Shown: positions 53,554 to 64,000 of the stretch, piece after piece
Layout: every line of letters begins with the position of its first letter
Position numbering within the stretch: position 1 is the first letter of the stretch
Assembly: GCF_002105155.1 (NCBI RefSeq)
Contig: NW_019029018.1
Span: 186,001-250,000, forward strand
Length of the DNA stretch: 64,000 nt
Reading direction: 5' to 3'
Source: Lobosporangium transversale
Lineage: Eukaryota
Translations under genes and position numbers: made by a program
Notes under the pieces: generated by a model
Databases searched by the model: none
Told to the model about the DNA's origin: nothing
What the model saw: the letters and a program-made list of their open reading frames with translations, nothing else

Positions 53554-54550
53554 CCTCTGTCAAAAACAGTTTTCATGTGGAACCATAGCCGTAGCTTCCT
53601 CCATAAATCATGAAGTTACTGATTTACGCGGCTTTCTCGATTTCCTTGAACTTTGGGCTCAAATTGCTCGAGGCGAACCCATCGATTTTAAAGATATTCC
53701 AAATGATTGGTCTCATAATCCTGGTCAATATTTCTCTGGCCTGTTCAAGAATTCAACAGGAAAGACGCTTCCATCTCCTCCTCCTCCACTCAAGGTTGTT
53801 CCTGCTCAGGAGGCGGGAATATGTCCGTTTTTCTTCCAACCATCATTTGTTTCACGATGGAGATTCACCAAAAACACTCTTGAACAGCTAAAGAGCGACT
53901 TCTCACCCACTTCTGGTGATCTATGGATCTCAACAGGTGATGCATTATCTTCCCTTATTTCTGGTGTCATCACCCGTGCTCGCGAAAAGACAATCGTTGA
54001 AAGACTGGAGGGAAGGTCTAGCTCCGAGTCCCAGATCGAGCAAGTGGCGATGGCAGCTAATGGTCGAGAAAGAGCTCCTCAAGGAAACATGTCAAAACAA
54101 TACTTTGGGAACTTCAACACCTTATGGAGTGCTGCTGTCTCTCGTCCTGATCTACTCTCCCCGACATTCGAGGCAGCTTCTCGTGTTGCTGTCGCCATTC
54201 GAACTGCCTTGAATGTTCAACTCTCAGCAGAAGCCATTGCCAACAAAATTGCATTTTTCGAAGACCCTAAAAACAGTAAGCTCCCTAATCGTATTGTCTG
54301 GGTCGCAGATATGGTATTGACGAGCTGGTGCCAATTTGACTTGAAGGGGCCGAAATTAGATTTTGGATGGGGAAAACCTTTTGCTGCAACAGCCGGTAAT
54401 GGTGCATACTTTCCGCCTGGATACAGTGTCATGATACAGGAGAAGGATACAGGAGATATTTATGTTGTACTAGGCGTAGAAACAGCAGGTGCAGAAGAGC
54501 TGAAGGCTGACCAGTTACTAAACAAATATGCAACGATGCTCCCAGCTTAA
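53048..54550 (+). CDS. CoA-dependent acyltransferase, copy 4; intron 53453-53569
   Basis: NHEVTD and DFGWG motifs. The 117-nt intron is stop-free and in frame, which explains the merged ORF in the track. Confidence 0.92.
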
Positions 54551-55717
54551 TAATAGTCCATCTCATCACATAATAAATAACAATAAATTTAGAATATGTA
54601 TATATTATAAATCTTGTCTAAAGCTTTGTTCAAAATCTCCAGGAGGGAATATCGCCTGTTGGTTTTATCTCCTTTGAATAATATCCCCCTCACTATGTAT
54701 GGCTCTATTAATGTACTCTTTTCCCCCTTTCGCAGTTATGCGCCATCTCCTTGTCAATGTCGTCGTTAAATACTGTTCATTGTCAAGCTCGAACCCCCAT
54801 AATCTTGCATGTTGAGAAAAGAAAAAGAAAAAGAAAAGAAAAAGAAAGTCGCCGTCATTATATTCGTTGGTTGTTAGTGAACATAATGCTCAAGCCATAA
54901 GCTTAAACGGTTTTCAGGTCACTTTTCTTGTTTTTATCTTATGCCACGAAAACCCTCCCCTACCCCCCCCCCTTTTGAATAAAACCAAGACGCGTCTTTA
55001 TATGTTTATATAAATTTACTAATTTATCGCTGCAAAATTAAATTATACTTATTCGTTATATTTTACAAAGCATTAAACGATCAAGGTTCGCTCATCTTTA
55101 ACCAAGCTGAGCGTAGATAATGAAGATAAAATATAATCATAACAACCTCAGAGGCCCCAAGGAGATGGTGGGTTGTTTAAAAGAGTAACCGGTTATAGTA
55201 ATAACAATAGCAATAATAAAAAATAAAAATAAAAAAAAATAAAAAAAAAAAAAAAGGCGGGATGATCCATTGCAAGACACTTTCTTATCATTCTTCATGT
55301 GATAAATAAAAAATGAAATGAAATACATAAATCGGGTGATAGGAGGTGGGCCCCATTTTGGACTAAAAGAGAAAAAGGTTTTTTTATAGCGTTCTACTAA
55401 CGTGTTATAGATCATAAATGAACTGATAGCATGGGGACTGGGTAGGTGTGATACTCACGTCATCTTGCACCTTGCTCCTAGGGAGGAGGAACCCGGTCCA
55501 TAATTGACACTAAAAAAATTAATCTGGTACATGTATCTTGCCCATAGTGACTGCTTCATATCACAAGCGTGACTCAAAATCACTCCGAAAGGTTTTTTTA
55601 ATTTCCCAGGAACTTTGAGGAAGTCTTCTCCCCTTCTAGCATCTCTCCTCCTTCTTCTTGTTATATACCTGTTCCTCCACATTTTTTTTTTTTTTTTTAT
55701 ATTTCGAAAAAATAAAC

Positions 55718-57352
55718 ATGGACAGACTCACAGAAATCGCTTCCCACGCTCGCGACGCAGCCAATGTTCTCCAAACCCTTTCCACCCGTCAAAAATCCGC
55801 CTTCTTATTAGCGATCCATAAACATCTGACCTTGGCCAAATCTCAGATCCTGGCCAGCAATCGTTTAGATAAAGATCAAGCTCAGCCTCAAGTCGAAGCT
55901 GGGAAATTATCTGCTTCATTGTTCAAACGATTGGATTTGGAAGGACCCGGGAAATTCGAGACCATGTTGCAGGGAATCAAGGATATTGAACAATTAGAGG
56001 ACCCTGTCAACAAGGTTCTCATGGCCTCTAAACTCGATACAGGATTAGAACTCTACAAGGTCTCCTGCCCTGTAGGTGTCCTCTTGGTCATCTTTGAGGC
56101 CAGACCCGAAGTCGTGGCGAATATTGCAGCTTTGGCCATCAAATCCGGAAACGCTGCCATCTTGAAAGGTGGTAAGGAGAGTTTCCATACCTGTGAAGCT
56201 GTCTCGAAAGCCATTCAAGAAGCCATGCAGGAAGTGGCTGCCACAATGGCGGCAGAGCCATCTAATAATAATGATCATCAGGGGGGAGGAGCCGATAACA
56301 GTGCCGCTAATTCTATCGCTGCTTTGAAGAATGCTATCCAAGTTGTGGAATCTAGAGAGGATATCGATGGCTTACTCAAACAGGACAAGTATATCGACCT
56401 GGTCATTCCTCGTGGCAGCAATGCTCTTGTAAAATACATTCAATGGAACACAAGGTAAAAAAGGAAAAGAAAAATAAAGAGTTGAGTCATTATTTTATTT
56501 ATTTGTATCATCCAATAACTAATCGAACTTATGACCTCTCTCTCTCTCTCTCTCTCTCTCTTTTTCACTTCTTTTTTCAGAATCCCTGTTCTTGGACATG
56601 CTGATGGACTATGCTCAACTTATGTTGCAGAATCTGCCAAATTCGATCTTGCTCAAAAGGTGGTAGTGGATGCAAAGACATCCTATCCAGCTGCTTGTAA
56701 CTCAACCGAGACTTTAATCGTCCATGCATCTCATCTCAAGGATTCATTCTTTCTCAACCTTGCAAAGACTCTGGTGGCTGACAACAACATTACTCTCAAA
56801 TTGGATCAAGCTTCTTTGAAATCTCTCCAAAGAGAGCAAGGGGAGGAATCGTCATCATGGGTCAAAGATCATCAAGACAAGATTCAACCTGCTAATGAAG
56901 AAGAGGACTTTGATACTGAATTTTTGGATTTGACCTTGGCTGTCAAGACCGTCGAATCAGTGGAAGAAGCAATTCGACATATTAATGAACATGGATCGAA
57001 ACATACAGATGCTATCTTGACAGAAGATGAATTAGAGGCGAAACGATTCATGGCAGGTGTTGATGCTGCAGGCGTCTATTGGAATGCCAGTACACGATTT
57101 GCAGATGGATTCCGATATGGTTTCGGGGCTGAAGTAGGGGTGAGCACAAACAAGACACATGCTCGAGGACCCGTAGGTTTAGAAGGTCTCGTCATTTATA
57201 AATATCAGTTGCATGGCCATGGACAGGCTTCCAAGGATTATGGAACGGAACAAGAGGGCAAACGTGTTTATTTGCATGAGCGTATCGATGTCAAGGCACG
57301 AGGAGAGAACCTGACTGACTTCTTGGCCAACAAGCGTCAGCGATTGGACTAA
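55718..57352 (+). CDS. PRO2: Gamma-glutamyl phosphate reductase; intron 56455-56580
   Basis: PVGVLLVIFEARPE, SGNAAILKGGKE, DLVIPRGSN, PVLGHADGLC, YPAACNSTETL, NASTRFADGFRYGFGAEVGVST, HARGPVGLEGL. Confidence 0.97.
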
Positions 57353-57804
57353 TTAAAAAAAATAACTCTTTCTCGCATCTATTCATTATATATACATGCA
57401 TAATAATAAAGCACACTCTCCTTCCTCTCTCTCACGAAACAAAATACTAAGAAGAAAAAACTCAACCCAGATATTTTTTTTAAAAAAAAGTTTATTGAGA
57501 CAAAAAAAAAAAAAAAAAAAAAAAAATTGACAGTAATGTTGTTGCTTAATCTGATGCTGTTGTACAAGTTAAAAGTAACAATGAGTGGTACAATAATGAT
57601 GAAAAAACTAAGCGATATAAATTAGGAGTTATTATAGTAGGGATGCATGTTATTAGTGGGTAGTGGGTAATAGTGGGTAATAGTGGGTGATAATGGAAAA
57701 TGATGAGTAACAAATAATTAGTAGATACGCATTAAAAAACAAAAACAAGAAATTAATGAAATAAAAATAAAAATAAAAGATAAAAGATAAAAACAAGGAT
57801 CCGA

Positions 57805-60800
57805 TTACGAAGGGCGTGAACCTCCACCTCGCAAGAGCGCAAGTGCGCTGCCAAGTTGAGCACTGAGGCTATCCCTTGAGGAGGAAGAAGATAAGGAGGT
57901 GGAGGAAGAAGAGGTGATGGAAGAGGAGGATAAAAAGCTTGCTGTACTCGAGGTAGATGATGGGCGCGATGCTCGTGACGCACGACGTTTTGAACGCTTC
58001 GCATGGGCTGCAGCTGTGGCGGCGGCCTGTCTCTTGGCTCGGAGCTTGACTTCCTCATTCTGCAGATGAGCTTCACGGAAATGTCCAAAGAACTCATGGA
58101 GCAAAGCAAAAATCTCCTCTGGTGGTTTTCGTGGGCCTGTCTGTAATCGGTTGAACATTTGTTGTTGTTGCAGTTCCGATGACCGAGTCAACCCCATGTT
58201 TGTACCAAGAACATCGGCCGCAGTCTTCTCACCAAAGTAGATTGCAGTCGCTTTCCAGCTGAGATCAAATGTCTCCACCAGATCAACCAAATCCTCATAT
58301 TTGGTCTGGGCTTCATCAAGGAATGCGTCCAACTTGGCTACCACCTGCTTGGCCATCAGCAATTCCTCTCGTCGTTGTTTATCTTCTTCGTCGTCTTCCT
58401 GACCTTGATAATCATCTTCTTCGTCTTCCTGTTCTTGATCCTTGTTTTGGTCATCCTTCTCGTCGTCGTCACAAGTACTCTGCTCTTCACTACTTTCATC
58501 CTCACTATCATCAAGAGGTCCTCTTCCTTGATGCCTTTGACTAGGAGTCATAACAGTGGCCTTTGCTCTAGCCTTTGCTTTTGCCTTCATTTTGAGGCCC
58601 ATAGTGATCACTTCAATCTTGCCTTGCAGCCTCTGTCGGAATGTCCTCATCTTCCGAAGGGATTTCTGGTGCTCCAGAACTTGCTCCAGAATTTCTCGAG
58701 TCTTGTACTGTTCCAGCTTCGAAAGAACTGCGAATTCTTCCGGTAGATTCAAGATCTCCGGATTGGTTTGGGCCACCATATTGGCGAGATAGTGCATAAG
58801 GTTCGACTTGCCATCCAAACTCCTCACATCACGAAGCTTGAGTAAGCTATGTAACCGGAATCCTGCAGCTCCATTTTGTTGATCCTGGGATTGCATTGAT
58901 GCTTGCAAAGAATTCTGACCCTGGTTCTGCTGAGAGGGCATTGGTGGGGGTGGGGGTGGTGGCGGCGGTGGCGGTGGTGGCGGAGGAGCACCAGAAGGTG
59001 GTGGCGGTGCAGCGGCAAGAGGAGCTGGATGAGATGAAGAAGGTGAAGAGGCCTTGAATGAGCCTTTCAAGTTAGGCATGGACTTTGCAAGATGAAGTGA
59101 CCTCGGCCGTGGTTGTGGTTGCTGTTGCGGTTGCTGTTGCTGTTGCTGTTGCTGTGGTTGCTGCTGCGGTTGCTGTGGCTGCTGTGGCTGAGCTGGCTGT
59201 GTGGATGCCTGAGGTGGATGGTATTGCTGTTGCCATGATGGTTTTTTGCGACCATACACTGTGTTGAGCATATTTCCGACTTTCAACACGCCTAAAAAGA
59301 GAGTTTTCAAATCCTCATTCATCCGGAGCGCATCGCAACCTTTAATAAGCTCCTTGATCTGCTCTGAAGTTGAAGCCAGATCCGAGTCATAGCGTAGCAT
59401 ACAGATCGCTGCAAACAGGTAATCTTCCATCGTCAATGGATCCTCATCCACACAGTTTGCTGATGACCCAGCAAGCGAAGATAATAAACCTGATCCAGAC
59501 TTATTCTTGAGGTTCAAAGATGAGAACCCACCCTTGAACATGACGGATGGTGCTTTAGCCCACTGTAAAGCCACCGAGTCGGATCCCGAGATGGGGATAC
59601 CAGGAACGGGTGTCAAGATAGGTTTGCACATCGCATACATGAAGCGCTCTGAAAGACCTAATTTTTGGATTGCCTCGGACTCGTTATTCAAAAACTCTGC
59701 TTTATGTTGGCGCTGATAGACTTCAAGAGCTGAGCGCTCCTTCTCAGTTGGCAAAAGGGGCTGCAGCGTCAACAAGTCATCTAGGGTCAGATGATTCTGG
59801 TATGCAGCAGGTGTCGAGGAGCGTGAACTGAATGAGGCATTATCAGTGCCAATGGAAAGAAGGGACGAGCTTGATCCTGAGCTAGCAAAAAGTGGGTGAG
59901 CAGCAAGTGGCATGGGCATCATCGTCTTTGGAATAGCCGGTAGTGGTGGAGGAGTTGGAGGGCCAAACAACTGGAACAAACTGGGCTTGGTTAGCGACGA
60001 AGATGACCTGGAGCGCGTGCCAAGAGATGGGTTTGAGCTGTTGGAATAAATCGGTGCGCCAGATCGGATCGGCCCAGGAGTACGTCCTGCAGTTGCAGTT
60101 GTGGGACTGGATAATGATTTCTTATCTGGATCAAGATTATTCAAAGATGAAACCATAAGTGCTAGAGATCGTCGTCTTGAGACAGCTGCAGCAGCGGCGA
60201 GATCAAATGGATTATTATCAGCAACTGGCGGGGAAGTTAAGGCGCTAGCGGCAAGAGGAGTGGCTGTAATATTGAGGGACAACACCAGAGAGCGAAGCGT
60301 TTCGAATGACTTGTATCGCTTCATCAATCGCGAGAGACCGATTGATACGTTAGTTGCTCTACGAACGTCCAGCAATGTGACTTCCTTGGGTTTCGCACTA
60401 ATCAATACAAATTGATGAGTAGGACATTAGTGAGAGAAGACAATGACATTTCGATATGACACGTAACAACAGAAAGGATGAAAATAGAAGAAGAAAGGAA
60501 AGGAATAAAAGAAACAGAACATACTTGGCTTGTTGAATCGTCTCCTTGGCTTTGAGTCGTTTCTGTTCCTCGACAGGATCAATACAAAAAAGCTCTAATC
60601 GTAATAATAAAAAGGAAGAAAAAAAAAATTAACATCCATGCCATTCAAGTTGCTCTAGTATAATCCCATGTACTTTATTCTACACACGGTTTCTTACCTT
60701 CAAACTTTTGAATATCCATCTCAATCGTAGTCGGAACTTCTACAGGCCCTAAAGTCTCTTCCTTGTCAACCGCATGAAGTGAGCTATCTGGACTAATAAT

Positions 60801-63281
60801 ATGACCCTCCCTTGGGCCAGGAATTTCTTGAGGGGGACCTTCAGGCTGACCTATCTGATTATCAGTGGTAATCCTCTCTTGTGCATCAAGTGAACACCCT
60901 GCGAGCGCTTCAGTGGCCCCTTTTAAGACACCATCTGTTGCTTCATGATTAAACCCGAAGCTGGGTCCAAAGCCTTCTCCAGGACCATATGCATGAAACT
61001 TTGCAGAGGAACCTGCAGGGTGACCTGGCGTAGTAGTCCGATTCAGATGGCCGTTGATACCACTTTTGCACTTTTGACCTGTTCGAGGATGCAAGCTATG
61101 GAAGCGATGATACTGGCGATGATGGGGCTTAGTATCGAAAACAGTCTGTGAGATATCGTTATGAGAAAGCGCATCCCAACGCAAGATGTGACGAGCCACA
61201 ATATTTCGACCTTGAGTAGTGGAAGGAGTAGCTACACCCTGCTGGGAATTGCCCACATTCGAGGTCAAGATATGAAGTGGTGTCCTCGTAGTCTGCAGAC
61301 CTTTTGCTGGTGGTGGTGGTGGCGGCGGTGGTGGTGGTGGTGGAGGTGGCGGAGGAGGAGGAGGAGGGGCAGTTGAGGTCGATGGCGGTGCGGGGATCGA
61401 TGTTGCACTCGATGGTGGCAGTGGTGTGGCCGCTGGAGCATCAAGGACTTCTGGCGAGGGATGTGCAAGAGACCGTGGCATAGGTGTGGGAGAAGGTGAT
61501 AGTGATCGGTCGATCGGTCCTGTTCCTGCCTCTTTGGCTGTTGAGATCAGCTCTGGTGATAAATCCGTCATCGTTACACTCCGAGTTGGTCTAGCCAAGT
61601 CAGATGAGCTCGAGAAGAATCTTCTTGTGAGAGGACGGTCCTCAAGTTGGAATTTACGGGACCCGGGGATGCTCCCTGGCGTCTCAGAAGACTCGGCATT
61701 TGAAATGACTGCTGCCAAAGAAGGACGAACTTTGTCGGACGGGGACGATGCAGGCAACGAAGTTCTTTTTGCGTTCTCGTTCAATTGTCGTTGAACTTCT
61801 GCCGATATAGCCTTGAGTGCTTTTCTCGAGAGTCGCCTACTGAGAGGACTATCCTTTTTCTCCGACTCTGCAGTTCTACTGGCCGTTACATCGTTAGTTG
61901 ATTCTGCAGACTCGTCAAGGACACTCAGCATTGACTGAGGTCGACTTTGAGTTCGACAATCCATATTGCTCTGGATGGTATGAGATGCATATGAGGAGTC
62001 AGCTGACTCATTTATGCTTTGAGAATTAGCTGCATCAGGCTCATCGGATTGAAGAGCCGGAGCAGAGCCACGGCGGATAAGGATAGAACTTTCGCGAGCC
62101 TTTAACGAAAGGCTATGTTTCAAGGAAGGGGGCAGACCTGTTGCTGGAGATGAAACACTGTTGTTGGTTCCCTCCTTGTCTTCCTCCTCATCCTTATCCT
62201 CATCCTCATCCTCATTCTTATTTCTTAGTGTTTCACAAACAGGGTTATTAACAAGCAAGATTGACAGGCGATTCTTCCTTCTAATTCGCCTCTTTTTTGA
62301 TTTTGACATTGTGCGTTCCATCGATTGCTCTGTAGATGATGGTTCTGGGATTTGACTAGCTGAGGTGGATGGAGTCGCTACTGGGTCGGCCAGCGATGCC
62401 ACAGTCTGCGACTCGTTGTTCATGAGGCAGTTGTCGATGCTTTCAAAGCTACGACGGGGTGCGGTATGGACGTGGTGAAGTGGAGAGAGTGGTCGTGATG
62501 GTGCTACGGATGATGATCGTGATGAGATTGGGGTATGATTGTGGAATACAGCACCTGAATCCGAGGGCGATGTGGGGAAGCTGAAGGGTCTGGGGGAGAA
62601 TTCTGGTCTCTCTATCAAATCCTGTGATGGTAAGTCATTTTGGGGCTTCTTTTTGACGACTCTACTGACACGTCCTCGACGAACTCGAGCAGACCTCGCT
62701 GAGGAGGAATGCTGAGAGACTGAAGAGAGGTAGTCACTCTCACAACCATCACTGTCCATTGGTTGTGAAAGATGTTGTGGGTGTGAACGAGAGTTGGCTG
62801 AGGAGAGAGAGTGGAAGCGAGGATGAGAGTAAGTGGGAGTGGGAGAGGTTGGGGAAGGTGGAATGCAGGCATAGGTAGGGGGTGATTTGGGAACTGTATC
62901 AACAGAGAAGCTGTTGTCATCATCATGACCATTTTTTTGATCAAGAGTGTTGCGTCTGTTGTGCCGTCTACCTCGTTTGTATCTCCTTGACCGTTTGATC
63001 GCTGCTGCAGATGTAGATTCAGCAGAGGCAGTGGATGAAATAGTTGCGGGAGTGAAGGTGGAAATATTAGATGTGGTGGCGGCAGTTGTTGATGGTGTCA
63101 AGGTTGCTGATGTAAATGTCGACTCCTTCACTGGACGGATGGACCGTTGCCCGGTCTTTTTCTGACTGGGTCTATGGTGAAGGGTGGATGTTTTGTTGGT
63201 GTTCATTGACAGTCGCAGATCAGGTGGATAAGAGGGTCTTCTAGCACGAGCAGGAGTCGACCTGCTGTGCGCCTCGAACAT
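57805..63281 (-). CDS. Formin (FH1 + interrupted FH2), multi-exon; may extend further 5'
   Basis: Poly-Pro FH1 at about 61310-61370; FH2 motifs LRWDAL, LLDVRRATNVSIGL, VLKVGNMLN, AAGFRLHSLLKLRDVRS..GKSNLMHYL, PEEIFALLHEF. A likely extra upstream exon at about 63736-63931 (GTAAGG donor) suggests the start lies beyond the window. Confidence 0.82.
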
Positions 63282-64000
63282 GGCAAGTAGAGCAACGTTG
63301 TGAGGAGAAGGGTAGGGGAGAAGGAGAGGTGAAGGGAGGGAGAGGGAAGAGAAGGTGAAGATTTGGAGGAGGGAAAGTGGAAAGAGAATAAATGAAGGCA
63401 AGAGAGCAAAAGAGAAATAGAAAGAGAGAGAAAAGAATAGGCATGTATGGTTAATTAGGATCACTAAACTGTAAGTGGGAGCACAAAAAAAAGCTCTCAT
63501 CATTTGAAAATCGAATTCCAAGTCATGGTGTACCATGGGTAACCATGGCCTGATGGTAAAGAAACAAAAACAGAGAAAAATGAAAGGACCCATGGCCAAA
63601 AAAACTATGCCAAGGCTCACTTTTTTTTTTTTAAATATCGTTTTCACGTTGTCCCCACTCTTGTGCAACACGTATTCATTACAACCTCACTCTCTATTTT
63701 TTTGGTGTATTAATTTATCTATTTTTTGTCCTTACGAATGATCGGAGAATGCTCTCACTCCGTCTAAAGCAGTATTAGTACTTCTGCAAGAGATGCTATT
63801 GTTACTGGCGCTGTTGCTGTTGCTATCGTTTATGTAGTTGCTGCGGTAGAAGTTGTCGCTGTTATTGTGGCTGCTGTCACGGTGTGGTCGAATAGGCCCA
63901 GTGTGACCATTGCTGACCATCAGCAAATCCTCTAGTAATTAGCTGTTGATGGCTTTACGAAAGTTGAACTAGGTGGATCTTTCTCTTTTTTGATATGACA

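Noticed and set aside
53453..53569. In-frame YIYIYI insertion in transferase copy 4
   Set aside because: It is the conserved GT-AG intron containing a (TA)n microsatellite, open by chance.
57654..57692. TAGTGGGTAA repeats as telomere-like sequence
   Set aside because: Few degenerate copies in a 3' intergenic region, and not TTAGGG; a simple minisatellite.
63282..63671. Hydrophobic N-terminal extension (TM segments) of the formin ORF
   Set aside because: Derived from pyrimidine-rich, intron-like or UTR-like sequence; likely non-coding.

Overview
Eukaryotic, intron-rich fungal DNA with AT-rich poly-A/T introns. Gene content and style suggest Mucoromycota, probably Mortierellaceae (inference). 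The housekeeping backbone comprises an LRR protein, an F-box/LRR protein, TAF1, a SIW14-type phosphatase, a MAG1/AlkA glycosylase, SWP1/ribophorin II, QTRT2, a Mut-7/EXD3-like exonuclease, a GTPase-less Nug1-like gene, HEM13, CLP1, PRO2 and a formin. Three accessory regions interrupt it. (1) About 3.7-10.2 kb: a secreted CBM14 chitin-binding gene joined at its 3' UTR to a decayed 28S rRNA 3' fragment, a pseudogene, and an intronless five-repeat FG-GAP-like propeller/CVNH fusion. (2) About 26.6-33.2 kb: a scrambled, mixed-orientation version of the same CBM14 + 28S + flank module, surrounding 206-bp tandem repeats and an intact six-exon putative PD-(D/E)xK nuclease gene. (3) About 45-54.6 kb: four tandem HXXXD/DFGWG acyltransferases with mosaic similarity. 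Exon boundaries and alignments were done by eye; no searches were run.
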